Positions 37,420 to 50,548 of a stretch of 64,000 nt of DNA are shown here, in pieces (the first letter of the stretch is position 1; the number at the start of each line of letters is the position of its first letter). Source of the DNA: Octopus sinensis (lineage: Eukaryota); NCBI RefSeq assembly GCF_006345805.1, contig NC_043025.1, positions 12,834,001 to 12,898,000 of the forward strand, given 5' to 3'. A program made the translations under genes and the position numbers. A model generated the notes under the pieces. It saw nothing but the letters and a program-made list of their open reading frames with translations, was not told the DNA's origin and did no database searches.

Positions 37420-37672
37420 CTGAAACAGAGAAAGGAAGAAGATAGTGGTAGGGGTCCATGGCCGTGGTGGTATTGGTAGGGGTCATGATGTTGGCTTCTG
37501 ATTAAAGGCGGTGCTCCAGCATGGCCGCAGTCAAATGACTGAAACAAGTAAAAGTGTAGAGAGAGTCTACAGCCATACTGGAGCACTGCCTAGAAGAAAT
37601 TACAATAAATTGAATCGACCCCAGGACTTACTTCTTTTTCAAGCCTATAATCATTCTATCGGTCTCATTTGC

Positions 37673-37708
<36 letters not shown>

Positions 37709-37984
37709 CACCACTACTACTTCTACTAATAATAATAAGGCGTGGGCATGGCTGTGTGGTTAGGGAGCTTGCTTCCTAGCTACATGGTTTCGGGTTCAGT
37801 CCCACTGCATGGCACTCTGGGTAGGTGTCTTCTACTATGGCCCTGAGCCGACCAGAGCTTTGTGATTGAATTCGGTAGGTGGAAGTTACTGCCGTGTGTG
37901 TATGTGTGTGTGTAGGTGCTTGTGCCTCTCCGAAAGAGAGAGAGGGAATAATAATAATAATAAATGCCCTGATGCAGTACCAGG

Positions 37985-38535
37985 CCCTGGCTCTCATGGC
38001 TTCTGATCTTAACTGATTGGAAGTGTTATCATGTACATTGTTTTGTATTGGTATAAAAGATGGCCTACAGCAAATATTCTGCTCAATACCACAGATTTGC
38101 TTGTCAGTTGTTTGACGTTAACCAGTTGAGCATGTCCCTTAGTGGCTGACGATATGTGCATCTCTGATCACGAGCAGAAGTAGTGGGGGAGCATCATAGC
38201 CATGTGTTGAGAGGGATTCTTTGGGGTTTGAATAATTCACCTCTGGAAACATGGGTGTTTCGTTCAACATCCTTAAACAACCCTTATTCAGGGACCTTTT
38301 GAGTGGGATGGGTTACTTGACCTGACGAAAATTCTAACTTGGCCCCACCTGCAAGGTCTTGTGCTGTTTATCTTGATATGAGATCACCATGTTGCGCACA
38401 TATCGTTGTGATGCATGTGCCTGGTGTACCCTTATCAGACGGGTAGTCATGATGGGTATACTGGGCTTCGTATATTTGACCCCAGTTTCACTTTGATGGC
38501 ATCCACTGCTCTCTCACTCAATAATAATAATAATA
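37985..38535 (+). mobile_element. Interspersed ~550-bp retroposon 3' end with an (AAT)n tail
   Basis: Near-identical copies or fragments at 24318-24830(-), 10090-10450, 9865-10000 and 38545-38710. Confidence 0.7.
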
Positions 38536-38752
38536 ATACTTCTGAAGAAAATTCTAACTGGGCCCCACCTGCAAGGTCATGCGCTGTTTATCTTGATATG
38601 AGATCACCATGTCGCGCACATATGGTTGTGATGCATGTGCCTGGTGTACCCTTATCAGACGGGTAGTCATGATGGGTATACTGGGCTTCGTATATTTTAC
38701 CCCAGTGTCAAAAAAAAAATAATAATAATAACAATAATGGTAACAGACTTAC

Positions 38753-38823
38753 CCATAGAACTGTCGTCCCTCAATGAGGTTCATTATTTCCTGACTCAAT
38801 TCTTCTGCTGCTTTCACAGTCAA
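38753..38823 (-). CDS. MYBBP1A: MYBBP1A exon 12 (LTVKAAEELSQEIMNLIEGRQFY-G)
   Basis: TCCCAG / GTAAGT, phase 0-2. Confidence 0.85.
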
Positions 38824-39089
38824 CTGGGAAAATAGATATATATTTGTGAGATTCCAGGTCTGTTATACAACTGGAGTTCACATAAATACATATATACACA
38901 GACACACACACACACATACATCATCATCATCATCGTTTAACGTCCGTTCTCCATGCTAGCATGGGTTGGACGGTTCGACCGGGAATCTGAGAAGCCAGAA
39001 GGCTGCCCCAGGCTCCAGTCTTATCTGGCAATGTTTCTACAGCTGGATGCCCTTCCTAACGCTAACCACTCTGAGTGTAGCGGGTGCTT

Positions 39090-39130
<41 letters not shown>

Positions 39131-41716
39131 CATCATCATCGTTTAACGTCCGTTCTCCATGCTAGCATGGGTTGGATGGTTTGACCAGGGATCTGGGAAG
39201 CCAGAAGGCTGCACCAGGCTCCAGTCTGATCTAGCAGTGTTTCCACATATATACAACAGGCTTCTTTCAGTTTCCATTGACTAAATCCACTCACAAGGCC
39301 TTGGTCAGCCAGGGGCTATAGGAGACGTTCGGCTGAGGGTCCAAGCAATGGAAACAAACTTAGAACCATATGGTCGGGAAGCACACATCCAACCACATTC
39401 CTGCATCTTGTGTGTGTGTCAGGTCGAAGTCACATGATCTGGTAGTCCTGGCAGCAAGAGTAGCAGTGATTGTCTGCCCCTGGCGATAGTTATGATGTGC
39501 TCTTAGGCACCGTAAAACTCTGAGTTTTTCACTCTTGGTGAATATTGCAGTATTTGTATGTTTGAACACAACATCGACTTCTAAGTGGTGAATATTTTAC
39601 CATTTGGTATTAATACCTATTTCTTTACTACCCACAAGGGGCTAAACACAGAGGGGACAAACAAGGACAGACAAACGGATTAAGTCGATTACATCGACCC
39701 CAGTGCATAACTGGTACTTAATTTATCGACCCTGAAAGGATGAAAGGCAAAGTCGACCTCGGCGAAATTTGAACTCAGAACGTAGCGGCAGCCGAAATAC
39801 CTATTTCTTTACTACCCACAAGGGGCTAAACATAGAGGGGACAAACAAGGACAGACAAACGGAGTAAGTCGATTACATCGACCCCAGTGCGTAACTGGTA
39901 CTTAATTTATCGACCCCGAAAAGATGAAAGGCAAAGTCGACCTCGGCGAAATTTGAACTCAGAACGTAACGGCAGACGAAATACGGTTACGCATTTCGCC
40001 CGGCATGCTAACGACTCTGCCAGCTCGCCGCCTTTGGTATTAATACAGCTTCTGTCACTCCATTCTTTAACCCTTTCGTTTTCAAGCTGGCCATATCAGG
40101 CCCAAATATGCTTCCTGTTTTATGTTCAAACTGGACAGATCAGGTCTCTCACACCTACCCAACAATGCCCGTCTAAAAGTAAACAATCACATCATCAAAA
40201 TCTCAAAGCTACAAGATAATGTGTGATGAATTCAAAAAAATGTGAATAAGGAAGCATTACTTTTGACAGATTAACCTGAATACTAAGGGGTTAATAAGCC
40301 CACTGACTTCTAGTAACATCAACACCTGATTTGGCTCTGTATTTCTATGTATATTGCTAGTGCAGCAGTTACTGCTATTTCCAGCTGCAAAGTATCTGTC
40401 ATTGACAAGGCCAAAAGAGGTCGAAATCACATGAACTGGTAGTCCTGGTAGCAGTGATCATCTGCTGCTGCTGGTTGTTGTTGTTGTTGTTGTTGTTGTT
40501 AAGCAACAAGATGGGTAAGGGTGATTAGGTGATGGTCTAGGGCTTAGGGGCAGGAGACCCCAGACCTTGGAAAAAAAAAAAACTATGGTCATCTTGTTGT
40601 ACAGATATCTGTTTGTGTGTGTGTGTGTGTGGAGGCGCAATGGCCCAGTGGTTAGGGCTGTAGACTCGCGGTTTTGATTCCCAGAGCAGGAGTTGTGTGT
40701 GTTTATTGAGAGAAAACACCTAATGCTCCACGAGGCTCCGGCGACCCCTGTTGTACTCTTTCGCCCCAACTTTCTCTCACTCTCTCTTCCTGTTTCTTGA
40801 GTAACGCTGTGATGGGCTGGCATCCTGTTCAGCTAAGGGGGAGAACACGTACGCCACAGAAACCGGGCCCATGAGATTGGCTAGGCTTAAGAAGGCGAAA
40901 AGAAAGATAGGAGTGGCTGTGTGGTAAGTAGCTTGTTTACCAACCACATGGTTCTGGGTTCAGTCCCACTGCGTGGCACCTTGGGCAAGTGTCTTCTACT
41001 ATAGCCTCGGGTTGACCAAAGCCTTGTGAGTGGATTTGGTAGACGGAAACTGAAAGAAGCCTGTCGTATATATGCATGTGTGTGTGTTTGTGTGTCTGTG
41101 TTTGTCCCCCTAGCATTGCTTGACAACCGATGCTGGTGTGTTTACATCTCCATAACTTAGCAGTTCGGCAAAAGAGACCGATAGAATAAGTACTGGGCTT
41201 ACAAAGAATAAGTCCCGGGGTCGATTTGCTCGACTAAAGGCGGTGCTCCAGCATGGCCGCAGTCAAATGACTGAAACAAGTAAAAGAGAAAAGAGAGAGT
41301 ATATATATCGGGTTTGTAAGGGAAATAACTACATAAGCATTTTTAGAGATGTAAAGTATAATAGCCATCTCAATATGGCTAACCACAAAGAGGTGGGGTG
41401 TTACTGTAGCTTCTTACGTTCTGAGATTTAATAATAAATTTTTAGAGAGGTACTTCCCTTATATATGCCAAAATACATTAAAAATGGGAAAAAATGATGG
41501 TAAATTCTTTTTAAAATCGTAGACGCGCGCTAATACCCAGAAGGGCTCGATATGAATCACGACTATAAGATACCCGAATTTGGTTAAACTGCACCGCAAA
41601 ATGTGGGAGTAGTTAGGAATCTAAATCGTAGGAGACAGACACACAACTTCACTTTTATATATACATACACACACACATGCACATGTATATACCCACATGT
41701 ACATACTGTTACTTAC

Positions 41717-41860
41717 ATGTGGTATAATGGCAGAGAGAACAGTATGAAGCTCCATGGTTTGATTTTTCTCGGCATCCAGGGATTTCGTGAAACACTTCAC
41801 CACAGTTGAGTGGAGGTGGTCGTCTTTGGAACTGTCCAGCAGAGAAGCCAAACTGTCCAG
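41717..41860 (-). CDS. MYBBP1A: MYBBP1A exon 11 (LDSLASLLDSSKDDHLHSTVVKCFTK...SAIIPH)
   Basis: TTTCAG / GTAAGT, phase 0-0. Confidence 0.86.
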
Positions 41861-42190
41861 CTGAAACGAGATACAATATGGACATATATATAAAAGAATG
41901 TGTGTGTGTGTATGCACAAGTGCATATATCGATGTATGTCTATAAACAGGTGTGTATACAGGTGTGAGTCGTTCCTTTAATGACCAGGTGTCCTTCTTCT
42001 TAATCACCTCCTACAACATCCACAGATGCAGTATACATACTTTTAAACTGGAATACATAAGATTCCCTGGTTGATCCTTTTCTTACCATATTTCTGTTGA
42101 AATAGACTGTTTTTTTTTGGGGGGGGGGGGATTTCTTTGACTGAAAAAACCTCCAGTATGGCCACAGTCAAATGACTGAAACAGGTAAAA

Positions 42191-42220
<30 letters not shown>

Positions 42221-42223
<3 letters not shown>

Positions 42224-42518
42224 AAATAAGGAAATGGAGAAATACACCTTAATCAATAATCAACTACCAGATAATACCCAATCACATACTTTATTAAACC
42301 ACTACATATGAACATTAAGGTCAAACATAATAATATAGGACAAAACAGTGCACATCAATGAGTAATATGATACAATAAGTACAATATGCATTGTTTTGTT
42401 CTATACTATTATGTTTGACCTTAATGTTCATATGTAGTGGTTTAATAAAGTATGTGATTGGGTATTACCTGGTAGTTGATCATTGATTAAGGTGTATTTC
42501 TCCATTTTCTTATTTTGT
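42221..42518. mobile_element. Foldback MITE, ~130-bp inverted arms around a ~34-nt loop
   Basis: 42221-42352 is the reverse complement of 42387-42518 with a few transitions; TA-flanked. Confidence 0.85.
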
Positions 42519-42948
42519 ATTATTAATTTGTGGTAAAACATTTTACCTTTGCCCATATAATACAATAAATGAATTGATTGCATCGCAATTCTTAACATTT
42601 ATGTATTAACTTTGTTGGGTACTTCACTAGCAGTATATTGGATACATGTTATCCCATGGAGGGTTGCATTTACAACCCCTATCTCATTTCATATATATAC
42701 ACTTGGCCTAGTGTTTTGACATGTTGCACTCACAACTGTCAGATGGTGGGTTCAAATCCTAGACCAAGTGGCAAGCTATGTTCTTAAGCACAACCCTTCA
42801 TTTTCCATCGTTCCAGTCCACTCAGCTGTAAATGGATCCCCCTGCAACGGACTAGGCTTCTGATCAGGGGATGAATGCTGACCTACTTGCCACTAGTGGC
42901 CAGCAGGAATGCCAGGACGGGGGTACAGTTGAGAAAGGGGTTACATAC

Positions 42949-43038
42949 CACCATTTGAGCTGAAGGCTGCTCCTTGTTGGTGAACTTCAAGTCTGTAAAG
43001 ACCATCTCGCAGATGTGTTTGGAGAGAAGCATTTCAAG
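42949..43038 (-). CDS. MYBBP1A: MYBBP1A exon 10 (LEMLLSKHICEMVFTDLKFTNKEQPSAQMV)
   Basis: TTTCAG / GTATGT, phase 0-0; an in-frame alternative donor lies 3 nt upstream. Confidence 0.83.
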
Positions 43039-43239
43039 CTGAAAGACAAAGAAAACAGACATTAACCCCTTCGTATCCGGATTATTCTGTCAAATGGAAT
43101 CCTTATTTATTCAAATCATTTTGAATTAATCAGGCTTTGATTAATCATTATCGAAATTGATCAACATCAATGGAATTGCAGCTGTGATACCAGTACCGGT
43201 AGCACGTAAGAGAACCATCCGAACGTGGCTGTTGCCAGC

Positions 43240-44075
43240 ACCGCCCCAACTGGCCTCATGCCGGTGGCACGTAAAAAGCACCATCCGTTCGTGGCCGTTG
43301 CCAGCCTCGTCTGGCACCTGTGCCGGTGGCACGTAAAAAGCACCATCCGTTCGTGGCCGTTGCCAGCCTCGTCTGGCACCTGTGCCGGTGGCACGTAAAA
43401 AGCACCATCCGATCGTGGCTGTTTGCCAGCCTCATCTGGCACCTGTGCCGGTGGCACGTAAAAAGCACCATCCGTTCGTGGCCGTTGCCAGCCTCGTCTG
43501 GCACGTAAAAAGCACCATCCGTTCGTGGCCATTGCCAGCCTCGTCTGGCACCTGTGCCGGTGGCATGTAAAAAGCACCATCCGATCGTGGCTGTTTGCCA
43601 GCCTCGTCTGGCACCTGTGCCGGTGGCACGTAAAAAGCACCATCCGATCGTGGCCGTTGCCAGCCTCGTCTGGCACCTGTGCCGGTGGCACGTAAAAAGC
43701 ACCATCCGATCGTGGCTGTTTGCCAGCCTCGTCTGGCACCTGTGCCGGTGGCACGTAAAAAGCACCATCCGTTCGTGGCCGTTGCCAGCCTCGTCTGGCA
43801 CCTGTGCCGGTGGCATGTAAAAAGCACCATCCGATCGTGGCTGTTTGCCAGCCTCGTCTGGCACCTGTGCCGGTGGCACGTAAAAAGCACCATCCGTTCG
43901 TGGCCGTTGCCAGCCTCGTCTGGCACCTGTGCCGGTGGCATGTAAAAAGCACCATCCGATCGTGGCTGTTTGCCAGCCTCATCTGGCACCTGTGCCGGTG
44001 GCACGTAAAAAGCACCATCCGATCATGGCTGTTTGCCAGCCTCGTCTGGCACCTGTGCCGGTGGCACGTAAAATC
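43240..44075 (+). repeat. 62/63-bp minisatellite (~13 copies) inside an RTE 3'UTR copy
   Basis: Units homologous to the reverse complement of the 35365 array. Confidence 0.93.
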
Positions 44076-46120
44076 ACCCACTACACTTACGGAGTGGTTG
44101 GCATTAGGAAGGGCATCCAGCCGTAGAAACACTGCCAGAACAGACTGGAGCCTGGTGCAGCCTCCTGGCTTCCCAGACCCCAGTTGAACCGTCCAACCCA
44201 TGCCAGCATGGAGAACGGACACTAAATGATGATGATGATGATGATGATTTATTTCATAACTTCATGATTTCGATGAAGTGATTGTTTATTTTTAGAATGA
44301 CCTTGTAGGTTAGGTGTAAGTGACAGGATCTGACCAGTTTGAATATAAAACAAGCAGGAGTGGCTGTGTGGTAAGTAGCTTGCTTACCAACCACATGGTT
44401 CTGGGTTCAGTCCCAATGCGTGGCACCTTGGACAAGTGTCTTCTACTATAGCCTTGTGAGTGGATTTGGTAGATGGAAACTGAAAGAAGCCCATCATATA
44501 TATGTATATATATATATATATTCCGGGTTCAGTCCCACTGCGTGGCACCTTGGGCAAGTGTCTTCTACTATAGCATCGGGCCGACCAAAGCCTTGTGAGT
44601 GAATTTGGTAGGCGGAAACTGAAAGAAGCCCGTCGTATACATGTATATATATACATGTACGTGTGTCTGTGTTTGTCCCCCTAGCATTGCTTGACAACCG
44701 ATGCTGGTGTGTTTATGTCCGCATCACTTAGCGGTTCGGCAAAAGAGACCGATAGAATAAGTACTGGGCTTACAAAGAATAAGTCCCGGGGTCGAGTTGC
44801 TTGACTAAAGGCGGTGCTCCAGCATGGCTGCAGTCAACTGACTGATACAAGTAAAAGAGTAAAGAGTAAAGAGAGAATATTTGGGCTGGATATGGCCAGC
44901 TTAAATGCTAAAGAGTGAAACACATTTAATCAAAGCTGTGATTTAGACATGTCTAATATAAGATCTGGCTTAAAGTGTTTTATATAAGATATGGTTTAAA
45001 CATGTTGATGACAATCTCTGCTTTAAACCCATCCAATACAAGATATGGTTCAATCCTAGCCAGGCCCATGGACCCGGTTTCTGTGGTGTGAGACCATAAC
45101 CTTGTGGCCTATGGTGTAACCAGTCCACTTATGCGTACCTTTTCCTTCTTTGGACACTAAACTCTGCTTGCAAAAACCTGTTGAGGTAAGTGAAATCGAA
45201 ATCGAAATCAAATTTGATAACTGGTATCCATGCTAGTGGAGCGCTAAGAGTACCATTTGAGTGAGATCATTGCCAGAGCAACAAGCTGGCCTCCGTGCCA
45301 ATGGCAAGTATAAGACACCATTGGAGCATGATCATTACCTGCGTCGCCTTACTGGCACGTGGACAAAACATATGCAATATAAGCTACTCTAGATTAAAAT
45401 GTTTATCCATATCACATAGTTAACAAACACACATACACAAATATCTAGAATGTGCTAGAAGTGCAGTGGTAGGAGAGGGAGCAATGGGAGCGAGACAATG
45501 ATAGGCAGCTACATGTTGGTTACTGGTAAGGAGGTTGAATAAAAACAAAAAAGAGCCAGAGTGCATGATGGGAAAAGAATAGATTTAGGTGATGGTGAGA
45601 GTGGTATAATCAATTAGTAAATGTATTTCTTTACTACATATAAGGGGCTAAACACAGAGGGGACAAACAAGGACAGACAAACGGATTAAGTCGATTACAT
45701 CGAACCCCAGTGCGTAACTGGTACTTAATTTATCGACCCCGAAAGGATGAAAGGCAAAGTCGACCTCGGCGGAATTTGAACCCAGAACGTAATGGTAGAC
45801 AAAATACCTATTTCTTTACTACCCACAAGGGGCTAAACACAGAGGGGACAAACAAGGACAGACAAACGGATTAAGTCGATTACATCGACCCCAGTGCGTA
45901 ACTGGTACTTAATTTATCGACCCCAAAAGGATGAAAGGCAAAATCGACCTCGGCGGAATTTGAACCCAGAACGTAACGGCAGACGAAATACTGCTAGGCA
46001 TTTCGCTCGGCGTGCTAACGACTTTGCCAGCTCGCCGCCTTGTAATCAATTAGTAAATAGACAATTTAACAATTTATAAAAGTGATGATGATGATGAATA
46101 AAAACAGAAATGAATCAAAC

Positions 46121-46209
46121 CTGTTCAATATTCAAAGGTTTCTTGATCAATTCGGATAAGAGGAACATACCAAGACGTCTTTTGGACAGCTCCCCATGGA
46201 ACAAGATTT
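46121..46209 (-). CDS. MYBBP1A: MYBBP1A exon 9 (E-ILFHGELSKRRLGMFLLSELIKKPLNIEQ)
   Basis: TTTCAG / GTTTGA, phase 1-0. Confidence 0.86.
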
Positions 46210-48369
46210 CTGAAACAATACAGAAAAATAAAGAAATATTTAACTTTCTAATGGACCAAACGAGTGACAATGGAGTGAAGTTGACCTGGTGCAGAACAAT
46301 TATGACAAGGGCCTGGAAGAATGGAAATAAGTGACATTGCTCATTTACAACAATCACATGATATCAAGACATGGGTACACACACATGTATCTTTTACACA
46401 CAAACATATATCTTTCACATCATTAGACTGTGGCCACGCTGGGGCACCACCTTGAACAGTCTTTAACCCTTTAGTATTTAAACCGGCCATATCCGGCCAA
46501 AATAGCTAGTCTGCTTTATGTTCATACTGACCAGATCCAGGCCCTCACACCTACCCTACAATGTTATTCTACATTAAGTAATTACACCATCAAGATCTTG
46601 AAGATATGAGATAATGCAGGATTAATTCAAATCAATGGGAATCAATAAGCATTATGTTTGATAGAATAATCTGAACACTAAAGGGTTAATCTAACGAACC
46701 AAGCCCCCATACTTATTAGTTTTAAAGCCTGATACTCATTCTATTGGCCTCTTTTGCTGAACTGCTAAGTTACAGTTAAACTTTTAAGCAGGGAACAAAA
46801 AACGCAGTATGCTTCACGTAATTACCTCCCTTGCATCTGATCAGCATTTAAAGATATTATATATCCGTAAACCAGTGATTCCCAGCCTATGATCCGTGAA
46901 CTAAACTCAAAATTTCATTTATATACCTATTATATGTTTTTATTATTATTATTATTATTTGTTTTTTTAAATTATTTTTTTGCAAATTATTATTATTATT
47001 ATTTTATTATCATAGGCGCAGGAGTGGCTGTGTGGCAAGTAGCTTGCTTACCAACCACATGGTTCCAGGTTCAGTCCCACAGCGTGGCATCTTGGGCAAG
47101 TGTCTTCTGCTATAGCCCTGGGCCGACCAATGCCTTGTGAGTGGATTTGGTAGACGGAAACTGAAAGAAGCCTGTCGTATATATGTATATATATGTGTGT
47201 GTCTGTGTGTGTGTCCCTAGCATTGCTTGACAACCGATGCTGGTGTGTTTACATCCCTGTCACTTAGCAGTTCAGCAAAAAGAGACTGATAGAATAAGTA
47301 CTGGGCTTACAAAGAATAAGTCCTGGGGTCGATTTGCTCGACTAAAAAAGGCGGTGCTCCAGCATGGCCGCAGTCAAATGACTGAAACAAGTAAAAGAGT
47401 AAAGAGTATATACACACACACACACAAGGATAAGCATATTAAAAGGGGTTTGTGTGAAACCTCATGTAAATAAAAGGGGTCCTTGGTAGTGAAAAAGTTG
47501 GGGACCACTGACGTAGACTGTATGTATTCTACCATTTTATACGGTGCTTCAAACTTGTTAATCTTTTACTCATCTCAGTCCTTAGACTGCGGCCATGCTG
47601 GGGCACCACCCAATCTGGTACTTGTTCCATTGGCCTCTTTTTGCCCAACTGCTATATTACGGGGACGTAATGGCAAGGAGGACAAACACGCTCATATATA
47701 TATATACTCTTTTACTTGTTTCAGTCATTTGACTGCGGCCATGCTGGAGCACCGCCTTTAGTTGAGCAATTTGACCCCGGGACTTATTCTTTGTAAGCCC
47801 AGTACTTATTCTATCGGTCTCTTTTGCCGAACCGCTAAGTGACGGGGACATATAAACACACCAGCATCGGTTGTCAAGCAATGCTAGGGGGACAAACACA
47901 GACATACACACACATATATATATATATATACATATATACGACGGGCTCTTTCAGTTTCCGTCTACCAAATCCACTCACAAGGCTTTGGTCGGCCCGGGGC
48001 TATAGCAGAAGACACTTGCCCAAGATGCCATGCAGTGGGACTGAACCCGGAACCATGTGGTTGGTTAGCAAGCTACTTACCACACAGCCACTCCGGCGCC
48101 TATATATATATACGACGGGCTTCTTTCAGTTTCCATCTACCAAATCCACTCACAAGGCTTTGGTCGGCCTAATGTATTTTTCTTTCACTTGTTTCAGTCA
48201 TTAGATAGTGGCCATGCTGGAGCACTGCTTTTGAGAGTTAGTCAAATCGCCCCCCACCCCCACCCACCCACGACCACCACCACTTGTTTCTTAAGACTGG
48301 TACTTATTGTATAGGTTACTTTTTCTGAATTGTTTAGTTACGGAAACATATACAAATATAAAGACACAC

Positions 48370-48483
48370 ATGTGTGTGTATATGTGTATGTATATATATA
48401 TACATACATACATATATACATACATACGTACATACATACATACATACATATATACATACATACATATATACATACATACATAT

Positions 48484-48514
<31 letters not shown>

Positions 48515-48564
48515 CATACATACATATATACATACATACATATATACATACATACATATATACA

Positions 48565-48598
<34 letters not shown>

Positions 48599-48700
48599 CA
48601 TACATACATATATACATACATACATACATATATACATACATACATATATACATACATACATATATACATACATACATACATATATATATATATACACACA
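48370..48700. repeat. (TACA)/(TATA) compound microsatellite
   Basis: Seen directly. Similar tracts at 1370-1550, 2310-2660, 20410-20680, 61195-61500; (GA)-rich at 21380-21835; (GAT)n at 29110-29545. Confidence 0.95.
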
Positions 48701-48902
48701 TATATAACCATAGATGGTTACAGCTGGTCTTCTGGGCCACGACTGACCTGGAGTTAAGCAACTTGACCAAGAGTCCTCACATATCACGGCTCTCTTCCAT
48801 TTCTTTATGTTTGTACAAGAATATAGTGAAAGGTGAGTGGAGATAATAGTAAGTGACCACCACTGTTGAAGATAAGAGACAACCAGTAATAATACCACTT
48901 AC

Positions 48903-49002
48903 CTCCAATTTCCCTCCAGAAGTCTCCAACTAATTCGACGGGCAGCTCTTGAAGTAGGAGTTTATTAACGTTGTGGATGATGGGATGGCCACGGGTGGAA
49001 TC
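48903..49002 (-). CDS. MYBBP1A: MYBBP1A exon 8 (DSTRGHPIIHNVNKLLLQELPVELVGDFWREIG)
   Basis: TTTTAG / GTAAGT, phase 0-1; FWRE matches FWKE. Confidence 0.9.
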
Positions 49003-49853
49003 CTAAAAGAACAAGCAAACACTGTATATACATATATGTGTGTGTGTGTATACAGAGAGAGAGAGAGAGACATACATACATACATATCCATGCATATACA
49101 GTTCCATACATACGTCTATACATTTATATACCACCACAAATGTGTGTGAGTGTCTATGTATAACCATCATCATCATCATCATCATTTAACGTCCGCTTTC
49201 TATGCTGGCATGGGTTGGACGATTTGACTGAGGGCTGGCAACCAGATGGCTGCACCAGGCTCCAATCTGATCTTGCAGAGTTTCTCCAAGTGGATGCCCT
49301 TCCTAACGCCAACCACTCCGAGAGTGTAGCAGGTGATTTTATGTGCCACCAGCACGAGGGCCATTCTGGCGGTCCTGGCAACGGCCACACTCGAAAGGGG
49401 TTTTTATGTGCTACCTGCACAGGAGCCAGTCCAGCAGCACTGGCAACGACCACGCTTGAATGTTAATTTTTCACATGCCATCAGCACATTTGCCAGTAAG
49501 GCGACATTGGCAACGATCATGCTCGAATGGTGCTTTTCACGTGTCACCGGCATGGGAGCCAATCCATGGTCCTGGCAATGATTATGCTCAGATATGCTTT
49601 CAACATTCCACTAGCACGAGTACCAATCAGGCGGTACTGTCATCGGCCACGTCAGCGATTTTAGAGAGAGAGAGAGGTAGTCACATAATCTCCGAACACA
49701 CACAGAAAGAGGTGGGGACAAACACCTTCACACAAACTAATGCCCAGAAGTACCATGTACTACTTCGGCAAGGACTGAACCTACGTTTATTTTATTCAGA
49801 AGTTTAGACACACACATCCATGCAGAATATAATGAATGCCACCACATCCTCAC

Positions 49854-49946
49854 CTGAAGGACTGACAATAACTGTTTATAAGTTTTTTCACCGATTATCT
49901 TCTTGTTTGACCAGTTTTTCTTGAGGAACGTCTTGTCAATTTTGTC
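49854..49946 (-). CDS. MYBBP1A: MYBBP1A exon 7 (DKIDKTFLKKNWSNKKIIGEKTYKQLLSVLQ)
   Basis: TTGCAG / GTGAGG, phase 0-0. Confidence 0.87.
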
Positions 49947-50548
49947 CTGCAAAAATATTAATTACTTACACAATTAAAACAGTTAATTAGCATTAAGTAA
50001 ATTAGATAAACTTTAATTAGTTAAAATAATTTAATCTATTATACTCTTTTTTTACTTGTTTCAGTCATTTGACTGTGTGGCCATGCTGGAGCACCGCCTT
50101 TAGTCGAGCAAATCGATCCCGGGATTTATTTTTTGTAAACCAGTACTTATTCTATCGGTCTCTTTTGCCGAACCACTAAGTGACGGGGACGTAAACACAC
50201 CAGCATCGGTTGTCAAGCAATGCTAGGGGAACAAACACAGAGACACAAACACACACACACACATACATATATATATACGACAGGCTTCAAATTCCGTCTA
50301 CCAAATCCACTCACAAGGCATTGGTCAGCCCGGGGCTATAGCAGAAGACACATGCCCAAGGTGCCACGCAGTGGGACTGAACCCAGAACCATGTGGTTGG
50401 TTAGCAAGCTACTATGAAAGAAACAGGAAAATATAAAGTCACCTGTTTTCTATTGGTACCAAAAATGGTTAAGACAAACACGATGGAAAGATTTTGGAAG
50501 CTAAATCATACGAGAGGAATATTTCTGTTGAAATAAATTGCTTTTGCT

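Noticed and set aside
39490-39525. Box C/D-like ATGATG...CTGA on the plus strand
   Set aside because: Too short, antisense to the host gene, and no terminal stem or guide evident.
48291-48898. Y/I/H/T- and V/C/M-rich ORFs (also at 2209-2694 and 61138-61648)
   Set aside because: Microsatellite translations.
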